Positions 1 to 10,083 of a stretch of DNA of 53,443 bases are shown piece after piece. The notes beneath the pieces were generated by a model. The model had not been told where the DNA came from, did not search any database, and saw nothing but the letters and a program-made list of their open reading frames with translations. The position numbers and the translations under genes are program-made. Source of the stretch: Sphingorhabdus sp. (GTDB lineage: Bacteria; Pseudomonadota; Alphaproteobacteria; Sphingomonadales; Sphingomonadaceae); the NCBI RefSeq assembly GCF_044354325.1, contig NZ_JBILAF010000001.1, positions 1 through 53,443 of the forward strand, read 5' to 3'. The first letter of the stretch is position 1. Each line of letters starts with the position of its first letter.

Positions 1-1160
1 AATGCAACGGGGCCAAATGGTTCATTGTCCATGACGTCGGCCGACATGGGAACGTCCGCGAGCACTGTGGGCTGAAAGAAATAGCCCTGTTCCCCGCGTG
101 TGCCACCCGCCAACAGCTTCGCGCCCTTTGACGTTGCATCTTCCACGAGGGCGGCGATGGCCGATGGCCGCCGCGCATTGGCCAATGGCCCCATGACGGT
201 GCCAGCGTCCAATCCATTGCCGACCTGAACTTGCTTGGTATGCGCAGCAAAGCCCGCCACAAAGCGGTCATAGACGCCTTCCTGCACATAGAAACGCGTC
301 GGTGAAATGCACACTTGTCCGGCGTTCCGAAACTTGGTGGTCGCCGACAAAGTGATGGCCTTTTCAAGGTCGCAATCATCGAAAATGAGCACAGGCGCAT
401 GGCCACCCAATTCCATGGTGGTCCGCTTAACGCCGTCTGCCGCAAGCTTCAGTAAATGTTTGCCCACGGGTACAGACCCTGTGAAGCTGACCTTGCGGAT
501 GATCGGTGATGCGATCAGGTGGCGGCTCACCATATCGGGAACGCCATAAATTAACTGGGCAACATTGCCCGGAACGCCGCCGTCGATGACGCACTGCATA
601 ATGCCGCTTGTGCTTGCTGGCGTTTCTTCCGGTGGTTTGGCGATGATCGAGCAGCCCGCAGCGAGCGCCGCAGCCATTTTCTTGCACAACAAATTGACCG
701 GGAAATTCCACGGTGAAAATGCGGCAACGGGTCCCACGGGCTGTTTCAGCACAATCGCGCGTTGCCCCGTTGGCCGGACGAGGACGCGGCCATAGCTGCG
801 CTTGGCCTCTTCAGCGAAATAATCAAACTGCGCGGCGCAGGACAGAACCTCGGTCCGCGCTTCGGCGAGTGGCTTACCCTGTTCAGTCGTAAGCAAAACG
901 GCGATGCCCTCTGCCCGCTCACGGATGAGATCTGCAACCTTATGCAAAATCGCGGCGCGGGCATTTACATCAACGCCGCGCCAATATGCAAAACCCTTTG
1001 CGGTCGCAGCAAGCGCTTCATCGAGGTCTGCCGCGGTCGCCAGCGGCAACGCAGCGAGCGTTTCGCCAGTGGCCGGATTGATGACGGTGTGGCAATCGCG
1101 GCCTTCGCCCTTGCGCCAGCTGCCATCAATATAAAGGCCGAGATCGGTAGTATAGCTCAT
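1..1160 (-). CDS. NAD(P)-dependent aldehyde dehydrogenase (succinate-semialdehyde dehydrogenase-like), 3' end runs off the window
   Basis: Missing from the ORF track because there is no stop in the window. Manual translation from ATG at 1160: MSYTTDLGLYIDGSW...INPATGE...EQGKPLAEA...PWNFP...TMELGGHAP...KFRNAGQVCISP (ALDH catalytic Glu and Cys motifs). Confidence 0.9.
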   Translation of the reverse strand, partial: MSYTTDLGLYIDGSWRKGEGRDCHTVINPATGETLAALPLATAADLDEALAATAKGFAYWRGVDVNARAAILHKVADLIRERAEGIAVLLTTEQGKPLAEARTEVLSCAAQFDYFAEEAKRSYGRVLVRPTGQRAIVLKQPVGPVAAFSPWNFPVNLLCKKMAAALAAGCSIIAKPPEETPASTSGIMQCVIDGGVPGNVAQLIYGVPDMVSRHLIASPIIRKVSFTGSVPVGKHLLKLAADGVKRTTMELGGHAPVLIFDDCDLEKAITLSATTKFRNAGQVCISPTRFYVQEGVYDRFVAGFAAHTKQVQVGNGLDAGTVMGPLANARRPSAIAALVEDATSKGAKLLAGGTRGEQGYFFQPTVLADVPMSADVMDNEPFGPVA

Positions 1161-1199
1161 CGAATGTCCCGCAAATTTCTTGTCTTCTGTATGTAGGCG

Positions 1200-2522
1200 T
1201 CAGCTGGTGGGTTTGGAACCCCTTGCAAGCTTCAACAGCCAGAAAACCGGGAACCCAGCCAGCAATAACGCAACGCCCCAGATCAAGGCTTCGGCCCCTG
1301 CGCCATAGATCGTCCAGCAGGAATATAGTGCGGCGAGCAACAATATGGCTTTGAAACCCGCTTTGCCCGGCAACTGTCCTTTGGTCATCAAACGGAAAGC
1401 AGCTGCGGCGCATCCGAAATACATTACCAGAACAATGGCCGTGGTGAGTAAGATGAGAAATTCGAACATCGACGACATTGACCGGCTGCTGTTCATCAGG
1501 ATGACCAGCGTCAAGAGTGTTGAGGTAAACAGATGGGCGTTACGCGGCGTACCATTGGCGCCTGCTTTGCCCAGAAATGCCGGGAACAGTCCGTCGCGCG
1601 CCAAAGCGGCGGGCATCTCGGCCTGACACATGATCCAGCCGTTTAACGCGCCAAGTGCGCTGATCGCGCCTACCGCGGCGATAGCGGTGCCGGCATTGGT
1701 GCCCGCATATATATTCACAAAGTCCGCAAATGGCGCGGCCGATACGCTGGTGATGGCGACAGGCAGCATCAGGACCACCGCGGAGCAGACGAGGATATAA
1801 ATCACGCCAGCGCCAGCGGTTCCAAAAAGCGTCGCGCGGTTGATGGTGCGTTCGGGGTCCTGCACCTTGTCGGCGGGCACGGTCGCGAGCTCAAGCCCAA
1901 GCATGGCCCATAGGGTCAATATGGTCGCGGTGGAAATGCTGGTCGCGGAAATGTCTGCGGTCACAAATGGCCGGACAAGCGCCGTGCCTTGGGTCGCAAG
2001 GACATAGGCAGCAAGCCCGATCACCGCGACCAGAGGCAGCAGCTTTGCGATCGTCCAGACGATCTGAACTTGCCCCGCAAGCTTGGTTCCGCGAATGTTG
2101 ATGAGCGTAAATGCCCAAATAATCGCGATCGTTACTGCCGACGATACGCCATGCGTTCCGACAACCGGAAACAATTGGCTCAGATAACTTACCGCAGCGG
2201 TGGCGATGGCGGCGTTGCCGACCCACATCGAAATCCAATAGGCCCATGCAATCGCGAAGCCCGCGCCGTCGCCGAAGGCAGCGCGCGTATACGCATAAGG
2301 CCCGCCTGCCTTTGGCAAGGCCTTGCTTAATGCGCCAAACACCGATGCCACGCACAATGCGCCGCCAATGGTGATCAACCATCCAATAACGGAATTCCAT
2401 CCCAAGGGCGCAAGGCTCGCGGGTAACAGGAATACGCCTGACCCAATCATGCTGCCCATGACGAGCGCAAGTGCCATCCAAAATCCCATCGGACGGCTTG
2501 CTTCGGCTGTATTCTGCGTCAC
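1200..2522 (-). CDS. APC-family amino acid/polyamine permease
   Basis: 440 aa, ~12 hydrophobic segments, GSMIGSGVF and GGPYAY motifs. Confidence 0.9.
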   Translation of the reverse strand: MTQNTAEASRPMGFWMALALVMGSMIGSGVFLLPASLAPLGWNSVIGWLITIGGALCVASVFGALSKALPKAGGPYAYTRAAFGDGAGFAIAWAYWISMWVGNAAIATAAVSYLSQLFPVVGTHGVSSAVTIAIIWAFTLINIRGTKLAGQVQIVWTIAKLLPLVAVIGLAAYVLATQGTALVRPFVTADISATSISTATILTLWAMLGLELATVPADKVQDPERTINRATLFGTAGAGVIYILVCSAVVLMLPVAITSVSAAPFADFVNIYAGTNAGTAIAAVGAISALGALNGWIMCQAEMPAALARDGLFPAFLGKAGANGTPRNAHLFTSTLLTLVILMNSSRSMSSMFEFLILLTTAIVLVMYFGCAAAAFRLMTKGQLPGKAGFKAILLLAALYSCWTIYGAGAEALIWGVALLLAGFPVFWLLKLARGSKPTS

Positions 2523-2583
2523 TTAAATTCCCCTGTTTCGGTACCATAGCTGGCACGGAAAAAGGGCAAAAGCCAATCTTTGT

Positions 2584-3393
2584 TTAGTGCGCCAGCAACA
2601 CAGGGATGCCCAATTCGCCCAGCATGAACCGTGTCACGCCGCCAAACAAGGTTTCGCGCCACCGCCCATGGCTATAGGCGCCCATGACGAGTAAATCGGG
2701 TCGCCACGCATTTACTTCAGCCAGCAACCGTTCTTCGACGCTGTGATCACCCTTGGCCGCAACCGCTATTTCGGCGCGGACGCCATGGCGCGACAGATAG
2801 GTCGCAGCGTCGGTGACAGGGAATTCTTCGGGTACGGTTTCGACCTCTGCAATCCGCACATGCAATGCCGCCTGAAGCAACGGCAATGCTGCGCGCAAGG
2901 CGTTGGCTGCTTCAAATCCGCCGTCATATGCCACCATCGCGCGGTCCCATGAGATGCGCTTTGTCGATGCAGGCACCGCAAGTACGGGCGTTCGCGACGC
3001 TGTGACGACATCGCTGACCCATGCGCGCGCGGTGCCGGGTGCGCCGGCTTCATCCAGCGACATAACCAATATGTCCGCCAGTCGCGCTGCGTTAATCAAT
3101 GCATCGGATGTCGTTCCGTCAAATATCTGCCAATCCCAGGGCACATCCTCCATTTTTAAATGCGCGTCGGTGCGTGCGCACAGCTTTCCGCGTTCGGTTT
3201 CGGCTGCATCAAAGGCTTCGGCAATGAAATGCGCTCCGCCGAACATATCAAACGCCACATAGTCCTGCGTTGGTCGCGGCAAGACAAGCGTCATATGTCC
3301 GTTGAAACGGCGGGCAAGATCAAGCCCGGCCTGCAACCGGCTTTCAAAGGCTGCGTCTGCGCCAGCATGTACCATGATAGATTTCATCATCAT
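2584..3393 (-). CDS. Universal stress protein (tandem USP domains)
   Basis: MKSIMVH... N-terminus, AYDGG..A..AL, and C-terminal LLVMGAYSHGRWRETLFGGVT..L...IPVLLAH. Confidence 0.92.
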   Translation of the reverse strand: MMMKSIMVHAGADAAFESRLQAGLDLARRFNGHMTLVLPRPTQDYVAFDMFGGAHFIAEAFDAAETERGKLCARTDAHLKMEDVPWDWQIFDGTTSDALINAARLADILVMSLDEAGAPGTARAWVSDVVTASRTPVLAVPASTKRISWDRAMVAYDGGFEAANALRAALPLLQAALHVRIAEVETVPEEFPVTDAATYLSRHGVRAEIAVAAKGDHSVEERLLAEVNAWRPDLLVMGAYSHGRWRETLFGGVTRFMLGELGIPVLLAH

Positions 3394-3466
3394 TTCCTTT
3401 TCTTACGCCAGAATAGGCCGACTCAGATTGATGCGATTGTGTCTAGGCCGATGCCGAGCAAAGTCT

Positions 3467-3480
3467 TTGATCGATATCAA
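3467..3480. promoter_or_regulatory. FNR/FixK-type binding site
   Basis: Perfect TTGAT-CGAT-ATCAA (TTGAT-N4-ATCAA) between the divergent USP and GNAT genes. Confidence 0.8.
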
Positions 3481-3529
3481 ACACCGCAAAATGCTTCCAA
3501 AGGCCGATATATTATGTCAGCGATCACGG

Positions 3530-4087
3530 ATGGATGACGCGGGACAGGCGAAGAACGATGTGATCGTGCGGGGCGCGCGCGTCACCGATGCTCAAACAAT
3601 AGCCGACATTTATGCCCATCATGTTGTGAACGGCACCGCCAGTTTCGACACCGTGCCGCGTACGTTGGAGCAAACCGAACAGAAGATTGCGGACATTTTG
3701 GCCCATGGCTGGCCGTTCTTGGTTGCCGAACGCGAAGGGGTGATATTGGGCTATACCTACGCAACGGCATTCCGCGACCGGCCCGCTTATGGGTTCACTT
3801 GCGAAAATTCGATTTATGTGCGCGCGCAAGTTGTCGGGCAAGGGATCGGTGTCGCATTGATGCGCCGGCTGCTTGATGAGGCGCACGCATGTGGTTTTCG
3901 TCAAATGATTGCCGTGATCGGCGGCGGAGAGCCTGCGTCGGTGGCGCTACATACGAAAATGGGATTCACTTTCGTCGGCCGGATGCGATCGGTTGGTCGG
4001 AAATTTGGCCGCTGGCTTGACAGCGTGTACATGCAGGCCGAGCTTGGAGAGGGAGACCGGACCGCGCCAGCGCGCGAGCCGGGGTGA
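3530..4087 (+). CDS. GNAT N-acetyltransferase (Pat/YncA-like)
   Basis: IYAHHV..GTASFD, FRDRPAY..TCENSIYV, GQGIG, SVALH.KMGF, VGRKFGRWLD. Start set to ATG 3530. Confidence 0.9.
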   Translation: MDDAGQAKNDVIVRGARVTDAQTIADIYAHHVVNGTASFDTVPRTLEQTEQKIADILAHGWPFLVAEREGVILGYTYATAFRDRPAYGFTCENSIYVRAQVVGQGIGVALMRRLLDEAHACGFRQMIAVIGGGEPASVALHTKMGFTFVGRMRSVGRKFGRWLDSVYMQAELGEGDRTAPAREPG

Positions 4088-4097
4088 AGGAGAGAAG

Positions 4098-5021
4098 ATG
4101 ATGGCAGAGTTTGAATTGGTCGCCGACGGCCTGCGCTTCCCGGAAGGCCCAGTCGTCATGCCCGACGGCAGCGTCATTTTGGTCGAAATCGCCGAGGGGC
4201 AGATCACGCGGGTGCGGCCCGACGGCAGCAAGTCGGTCGTTGCGAAAACGGGCGGCGGCCCCAACGGCTTGGCGCTTGGTCCCGACGGCAAATTATACTG
4301 CTGCAACAATGGCGGCTTTGAATATATGGAAGCCAATGGCTTTCTCGCGCCGCACGGCATTGCGCAGGATTATTCCGGCGGCCGGATTGAACGTATCGAT
4401 ATCGATACCGGCGCAGTCGAGATACTTTATAAATCGGGTGACTTTGGCTGCAGTCTGCGTGGCCCGAACGATATTGTTTTTGATGCGCATGGCGGGTTCT
4501 GGTTCACCGACCATGGCAAGATCGATTATGCCAAGCGCAGCCATGATGTCGTCGGCATCTTTTATGCGAAGGCAGATGGCAGCCATTTGGAAGAGGTCAT
4601 CTTTCCGTCGAACAACCCCAATGGCGTTGGCCTGTCGCCCGATGGCAAGACATTATATGCCGCCGAAACTTATACCTGCCGGTTGATGAAGTTTAACATC
4701 ACGTCGCCAGGCAAAGTTGCGCCGGATGCGGGTCCGGGCGGGCCGGGGATTCCGGTATATCGTCCAGCCGGGTATAAATTTTTCGACAGCCTTGGCATCG
4801 AAGCAAACGGCAATATCTGCGTCGCAACGATTGGGGAGTGCGGGATCAGCGTGATTTCTCCGGATGGCGAGCTGGTCGAATTTGTCGCAACCGATGATAT
4901 CTTCACGACCAACATTGCGTGGGGCGGAGGCGATATGATGGACGCCTATATCTGCCTGTCGGGCAGTGGGCGTCTGGTTAAAACCCGTTGGGCGCGGCCG
5001 GGGCTTAAGCTGCAATATTGA
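4098..5021 (+). CDS. SMP-30/gluconolactonase/LRE family protein
   Basis: GLRFPEGP, GGPNG, PNDIVFD..GGFWFTD, PNGVGLSPDG beta-propeller motifs; RBS AAGGAG before ATG 4098. Confidence 0.9.
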   Translation: MMAEFELVADGLRFPEGPVVMPDGSVILVEIAEGQITRVRPDGSKSVVAKTGGGPNGLALGPDGKLYCCNNGGFEYMEANGFLAPHGIAQDYSGGRIERIDIDTGAVEILYKSGDFGCSLRGPNDIVFDAHGGFWFTDHGKIDYAKRSHDVVGIFYAKADGSHLEEVIFPSNNPNGVGLSPDGKTLYAAETYTCRLMKFNITSPGKVAPDAGPGGPGIPVYRPAGYKFFDSLGIEANGNICVATIGECGISVISPDGELVEFVATDDIFTTNIAWGGGDMMDAYICLSGSGRLVKTRWARPGLKLQY

Positions 5022-5037
5022 GATCGGATTATCGCAC

Positions 5038-5733
5038 ATGCCACGGCACAAGGAAGCGCATCTTATTGACCGCATCGGCTGGCTGCGTGCATCCGTCCTT
5101 GGCGCGAATGACGGCATTGTTTCGACCGCCAGCCTGATCGTCGGCGTGGCGGCGGCGCAAGCGTCACCCGCGACCATATTGATGACAGGAATTGCGGGCC
5201 TCGTGGCGGGTGCGATGTCGATGGCCGCTGGCGAATATGTGTCGGTCAGTTCGCAGTCCGATACCGAAAATGCCGATCGGGCCCGCGAGACCGAAGAGCT
5301 GGCGACTATCCCGGACAAGGAACGCGAGGAACTGGTCGGCATTTATGAAGCGCGCGGGCTCGACCGGGCGCTGGCGGAGCAGGTTGCGGACAAGCTGACC
5401 GCCCACGACGCGCTCGCGACACATCTGCGCGATGAACTTGGCATGGCAACGCATAGCGCGGCGCGCCCCGTGCAGGCGGCTTTGGCTTCGGCTGGGTCAT
5501 TCGCGATTGGCGCGGCGCTGCCCTTGGCCATGGTGCCCTTGTCACCTGCCGCCACGCTCAGCTGGACCGTGTCGATTGCGGCGCTGTTGTTCCTTGCCAT
5601 TCTGGGCGGTGTCGGTGCGAAAGCGGGCGGGGCGCCTATGGGTAAAGCTATTTTTCGGGTGACCTTTTGGGGTGCAATTGCAATGGCGGCAACTGCAGCG
5701 ATCGGATCGCTGTTCGGCACAACAATCGCCTGA
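5038..5733 (+). CDS. VIT1/CCC1 family Fe/Mn transporter
   Basis: WLRASVLGANDGIVSTASL and AGAMSMAAGEYVSV signatures. Confidence 0.92.
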   Translation: MPRHKEAHLIDRIGWLRASVLGANDGIVSTASLIVGVAAAQASPATILMTGIAGLVAGAMSMAAGEYVSVSSQSDTENADRARETEELATIPDKEREELVGIYEARGLDRALAEQVADKLTAHDALATHLRDELGMATHSAARPVQAALASAGSFAIGAALPLAMVPLSPAATLSWTVSIAALLFLAILGGVGAKAGGAPMGKAIFRVTFWGAIAMAATAAIGSLFGTTIA

Positions 5734-5741
5734 GGCATTGC

Positions 5742-6401
5742 ATGACATTTAATACGGTAATTTTTGACTTCGGCGGGGTAATCACTTCGTCACCGTTTGA
5801 GGCGTTTAACCGGATGGAGGCCGAACGCGGCTTGCCTAAGGACTTCGTCCGACGGGTGAATTCGGTAAATCCGGACAATAATGCCTGGGCCAAATTCGAA
5901 CGCGCCGAATGTAGCGCAAGTGAATTTGACGCGCTGTTTGCTGCCGAAGCGCTGGCACTGGGGCATGCATTGGACGGTGCGTCGGTTATCGCCTGCCTTG
6001 CTGGCGAAATCCGTCCAGACATGGTGGCGGCGCTCGACCAACTCAAATCGCTTGGCTTTGCGCTGGGGTGCATCACAAACAATGTGCCGTCGGGCAAAGG
6101 CGCAGGCATGGCGGTGAGCGACGCAAATGCGGCTGCGGTGGCGGCGGTGATGGGCCGGTTCGACCATATCATTGAATCGAGCAAGGCGGGCGTCCGCAAA
6201 CCTGACCCGCGCATATATCATATGATGTGTGATGCGCTCGCCGTTTCTCCGCGACAATGCATCTACCTTGATGACCTTGGCATCAACTGCAAACCCGCAG
6301 CAGCAATGGGCATGGCTGCGATCAAGGTCACCAGTGGCGCACAGGCGCTCGGCGAATTGGGTGCGCTATTGGCGTTGACCTTCACACCCGTTGACGTCTA
6401 G
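5742..6401 (+). CDS. HAD-superfamily hydrolase (subfamily IA)
   Basis: VIFDFGGV motif I, ITNN, RKPDPRIY, YLDD..INC. Confidence 0.88.
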   Translation: MTFNTVIFDFGGVITSSPFEAFNRMEAERGLPKDFVRRVNSVNPDNNAWAKFERAECSASEFDALFAAEALALGHALDGASVIACLAGEIRPDMVAALDQLKSLGFALGCITNNVPSGKGAGMAVSDANAAAVAAVMGRFDHIIESSKAGVRKPDPRIYHMMCDALAVSPRQCIYLDDLGINCKPAAAMGMAAIKVTSGAQALGELGALLALTFTPVDV

Positions 6402-6441
6402 GCGGGAGCTGTTCCGTCTCTCCCAACTATTGGAGCACTTC

Positions 6442-7152
6442 ATGGCGAAAAAACTTTTCCCGGACGCAGCATCCGCGCTCGACGGCCTGCTCAAAAACGA
6501 CATATTGATTGCCAGCGGCGGCTTTGGCCTGTGCGGCTTGCCCGAACGGTTGTTAGACGCTGTTCGCGATAGTGGCGTGACTGGCCTCACCTTTGTGTCC
6601 AACAATGCCGGTATCGACAATGAAGGCATCGGCAAGCTGCTGCGCACCAAGCAGGTGAAGAAGATGATCTCATCCTATGTGGGTGAGAATAAAGAGTTTG
6701 AACGGCAGTATCTGGCGGGCGAGCTTGAGGTGGAGTTTTGCCCGCAAGGGACGCTGGCCGAACGGATGCGCGCGGGTGGCGCTGGCATACCCGGTTTTTA
6801 TACCAAGACAGGCGTCGGCACTTTAGTGGCCGAGGGCAAGGAAGTGAAAGATTTTGGCGGAGAGGAATATATCCTCGAACGCGGTATTTTTGCTGACCTG
6901 TCGATCATCAAAGCATGGAAAGCCGATGAAAGCGGTAACCTTGTCTTCCGCAAGACCGCCCGCAACTTCAATCTGCCCGCCGCCACCTGCGGCAAGGTGT
7001 GCGTGGTTGAGGTGGAGGAAGTGGTGCCGGTTGGCAGCCTTGACCCCGACTGCATCCATTTGCCCGGCGTCTATGTGCAGCGCATGATCGTTGGCGCGCC
7101 TTATGACAAGAAAATCGAGTTCCGCACCGTCCGCGAAAGGGAAAGCGCATGA
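6442..7152 (+). CDS. scoA: 3-oxoacid CoA-transferase subunit A
   Basis: [42 protein letters not shown]; GGAG RBS. Confidence 0.93.
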   Translation: MAKKLFPDAASALDGLLKNDILIASGGFGLCGLPERLLDAVRDSGVTGLTFVSNNAGIDNEGIGKLLRTKQVKKMISSYVGENKEFERQYLAGELEVEFCPQGTLAERMRAGGAGIPGFYTKTGVGTLVAEGKEVKDFGGEEYILERGIFADLSIIKAWKADESGNLVFRKTARNFNLPAATCGKVCVVEVEEVVPVGSLDPDCIHLPGVYVQRMIVGAPYDKKIEFRTVRERESA

Positions 7153-7790
7153 GCTGGACCCGTGACGAAATGGCCGCCCGCGCTGCAAAGGAATTGCGCG
7201 ACGGATATTATGTGAACCTGGGCATTGGCATCCCCACGCTGGTGGCCAACCATATTCCGGCTGGCGTCGAAGTGACGCTGCAGTCCGAAAATGGCATGTT
7301 GGGCATTGGCCCGTTCCCTTTTGCGGGGGAAGAGGATGCTGACCTTATCAATGCAGGCAAGCAAACCATCAGCGAGCTGCCGCAGACCGCCTATTTCGAT
7401 AGCGCCGCTAGCTTCGCCATGATCCGCGGTGGGCATATTGACCTGACCGTGCTGGGTGCGATGGAAGTCGCGGAGAATGGCGACATCGCCAACTGGATGA
7501 TTCCCGGCAAGATGATCAAGGGCATGGGCGGGGCAATGGACCTTGTCGCTGGCGTGAAGAAAATCATCGTTGTGATGGAGCATAATGCCAAGGACGGTTC
7601 GCCAAAGTTCATCCCCGCATGCACATTGCCGCTGACGGGTAAAAATGTCGTCGATATGATCATCACTGATTTGGCGGTGTTCCAACGCCCCGACAAATCG
7701 TCGCCGTTCAAGCTGATTGAAGTCGCGCCGGGAATTACCGTTGATGAAGTCGCAGGCAAAACGACTGCAGTTTATGAGGTCGCGATTTAA
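7149..7790 (+). CDS. scoB: 3-oxoacid CoA-transferase subunit B
   Basis: [15 protein letters not shown] (catalytic Glu), GMGGAMDL; ATGA overlap with scoA. Confidence 0.93.
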   Translation: MSWTRDEMAARAAKELRDGYYVNLGIGIPTLVANHIPAGVEVTLQSENGMLGIGPFPFAGEEDADLINAGKQTISELPQTAYFDSAASFAMIRGGHIDLTVLGAMEVAENGDIANWMIPGKMIKGMGGAMDLVAGVKKIIVVMEHNAKDGSPKFIPACTLPLTGKNVVDMIITDLAVFQRPDKSSPFKLIEVAPGITVDEVAGKTTAVYEVAI

Positions 7791-7798
7791 TCGGTACG

Positions 7799-9022
7799 AT
7801 GCGGCGTTTCATTATATCCTTGATTGCAGCCTCTGCATTGGGGCTGGCCAGCTGGTATCTTTTACACTCGGCGCCGGAGACGAACCAGGTCGCGGTGGTG
7901 CTGCGCAAATTGGCAAAGGCACCCCCGAATTTGCCCGACCAGCCGGACGAATGGCGCGGTCGGATCGATTATGGCAAACTCGACCAGCAATTTGCTGCGC
8001 TGACGCAGCGTTCCGAAATGGCTGGGCTCGCGGTGGCAATCGTTGAGGAGGGCGAACTGCGCTTTGTGCATAGCTATGGCGTTGTTGATCGTTCCACCGA
8101 CGTCCCTGTTACCAATAATACCGTGTTCCGATGGGCTTCCGTCTCCAAGACCGTCGCCGGCACGCTGGCCGCATCGATGGCGAGCGAAGGCGCGGTTGAT
8201 CTGAACAAGCCGGTGTCGAGCTGGCATAGTTCGCTGCGTTTGCCCGATGGCGCGGAGTCGCGGATCAGTTTTGCGCAGTTGCTGGCGCAGCAGACCGGTC
8301 TCACCAAAAACGCGTATGATGAAAAGCTGGAGGATGGGCAGGACCCGCGCGTTATTCGCGCCAGTCTGGCAGAAGCGCCGCTGCAATGTACGCCCGGGAC
8401 TTGCCACACCTATCAGAATCTAGCGTTCGACACGGCCAGTGAGATATTGGCCAAGGCGGGCAAGCGGTCCTTTCCCGATCTGGTCGGCGAGCGTTTCTTT
8501 TTGCCGTTGGGTATGACCAGCGCGAATTACGGCATGGCAGGACTGACCGGCGCGAAGGATTGGGCCCGGCCGCACAGCGGCAGCAGCGTCCGCACATTAA
8601 AGGAAAGCTATTGGCGCGTGCCGGCTGCGGCGGGGGTCGAAAGCAATATCGTTGATTTCTCCCGCTGGTTGCAGGCGACGATGGGCGAGCGCCCTGATGT
8701 GCTGCCTGCTTCAACGCTTCGATTGGCGCAGGCCCCGCGCGTCAATACGGCGCCAATCTATGGCGGAGAGTTGCGGCAGGCAAATTCAGATACCCATTAC
8801 GGGCTTGGCTGGCGCAGCTTCACTTATGATGGGCGGCAGTTTGTTGGCCATTCGGGCGCGGTCGATGGATATCGGGCAACGCTGATTTTCGAACCCGCAA
8901 CGCGCACGGGCGTTGTCGCCATGTGGAACAGCAACTGGGGCACGCCCTTCCGCATTCCTTTCGCCGTTTTCGACAGCTATCATCAGCGCACAGATTCGCG
9001 TTGGCTGGAACTCAAAGATTAG
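7799..9022 (+). CDS. Serine hydrolase, beta-lactamase class C/PBP-like, exported
   Basis: N-terminal hydrophobic segment; SxxK (ASVSK), YxN (YQN) and HSG motifs. Confidence 0.85.
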   Translation: MRRFIISLIAASALGLASWYLLHSAPETNQVAVVLRKLAKAPPNLPDQPDEWRGRIDYGKLDQQFAALTQRSEMAGLAVAIVEEGELRFVHSYGVVDRSTDVPVTNNTVFRWASVSKTVAGTLAASMASEGAVDLNKPVSSWHSSLRLPDGAESRISFAQLLAQQTGLTKNAYDEKLEDGQDPRVIRASLAEAPLQCTPGTCHTYQNLAFDTASEILAKAGKRSFPDLVGERFFLPLGMTSANYGMAGLTGAKDWARPHSGSSVRTLKESYWRVPAAAGVESNIVDFSRWLQATMGERPDVLPASTLRLAQAPRVNTAPIYGGELRQANSDTHYGLGWRSFTYDGRQFVGHSGAVDGYRATLIFEPATRTGVVAMWNSNWGTPFRIPFAVFDSYHQRTDSRWLELKD

Positions 9023-9066
9023 CTGGCGCACCCAATAGCCCATTTTCACGGGAAAGGCCGTTTCCA

Positions 9067-9753
9067 ATGACCTACACGCTGATTACCGCAAACCGCAATT
9101 ACTCCAGCTGGAGCTTGCGGCCTTGGGTGTTGATGACGATGCTGGGCATCCCGTTCAAAGACCGGATCGAGCCTTTTACGGCTGATATTAATTACGAAGC
9201 CTTCCGCGCATTTTCGCCGACGGGCCAAGTGCCTGTGCTGTTGGACGGCGAACGGACTGTCTGGGACTCGCTCGGTATCACTTTATATTTGGCTGACCGG
9301 CATGAAGGTGTCTGGCCGCAGGATCCTGCCGCACGCGCATGGGCGCAATGCGCCGTGACCGAAATGCACGGCGGCTTTTCTGCTTTGCGCAATGATTGCA
9401 CGATGAATGTCGGCGTTCGGGTGAAGCCAAAGCCCATGTCCGCCGCCTTGGAACGCGATGTCGCGCGGATAGCCGAGCTTTGGGCGCAAGGTCTTGATAG
9501 CTTTGGCGGTCCGTTTCTGGCGGGGCCGCATTTCACCGCCGTCGACGCATTTTTTGCGCCCGTTGCGTTTCGCGTGCGCACCTACGGTCTTGATGTCGGC
9601 CATGCTGGACAAGAATGGGTGCACCATATCCTCGCCCTTCCCGCCATGCGCGCGTGGGAAAAGGATGCGCTGACCGAAAGCTGGCGCGAGGCTGGGCATG
9701 AAGCAGAATTGCAGGCCTGCGGCGAAATCATCGCCGATTACCGTCAGGCCTAA
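9067..9753 (+). CDS. Glutathione S-transferase family protein
   Basis: NYSSWSLRPW, SPTGQVPVL, VWDSLGI..YLA, EMHGGF.ALR. Confidence 0.92.
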   Translation: MTYTLITANRNYSSWSLRPWVLMTMLGIPFKDRIEPFTADINYEAFRAFSPTGQVPVLLDGERTVWDSLGITLYLADRHEGVWPQDPAARAWAQCAVTEMHGGFSALRNDCTMNVGVRVKPKPMSAALERDVARIAELWAQGLDSFGGPFLAGPHFTAVDAFFAPVAFRVRTYGLDVGHAGQEWVHHILALPAMRAWEKDALTESWREAGHEAELQACGEIIADYRQA

Positions 9754-9784
9754 AAAAGGCCGCCCAAAATGGGCGACCTTATTT
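9752..9784. terminator. Intrinsic terminator between convergent GST and csbD
   Basis: AAGGCCGCCC-AAAAT-GGGCGACCTT stem with an A-tract on the left (U-tract on the minus strand). Confidence 0.7.
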
Positions 9785-9800
9785 AGCTGCCTAATTTGAA

Positions 9801-9983
9801 TTAGACCTTGTCGCCGGCAACGCCCTTGATCGAGCCTTTGAGATTTTGGGCTTCGCCCTTGTGCTCTTGGGCTATGCCTTCGTCTTTCAGGTGCTCGTTA
9901 TGTGTGACTTTGCCCGCAGCCTGCTTGATGTTGCCTGCGATTTCATTGCCCAGGCCTTTGGCCTTGTCTGTCATTTCGCCCAT
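9801..9983 (-). CDS. CsbD-family general stress protein (60 aa)
   Basis: MGEMTDKAKGLGNEIAGNIKQAAGKVTHNEHLKDEGIAQEHKGEAQNLKG...; AAAGGA RBS upstream. Confidence 0.88.
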   Translation of the reverse strand: MGEMTDKAKGLGNEIAGNIKQAAGKVTHNEHLKDEGIAQEHKGEAQNLKGSIKGVAGDKV

Positions 9984-10044
9984 AGCGTAAATCCTTTCTG
10001 CGTCGTCTGGCCGCGCGGAAATTGCTGGCCAGTACATCAGTTAA

Positions 10045-10069
10045 AATCGGCGCAAGCGTTTTTGGTTCC
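10045..10069 (-). promoter_or_regulatory. EcfG (sigmaT/RpoE2)-type promoter for csbD
   Basis: Minus strand GGAAC-N16-GATT (fits GGAAC-N18-TT). Confidence 0.65.
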
Positions 10070-10083
10070 GGCCGTCGCCCCCG

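Noticed and set aside
7799-9022. Antibiotic-resistance beta-lactamase
   Set aside because: SxxK/YxN/HSG motifs are shared by esterases and peptidases of this fold; no mobile context.
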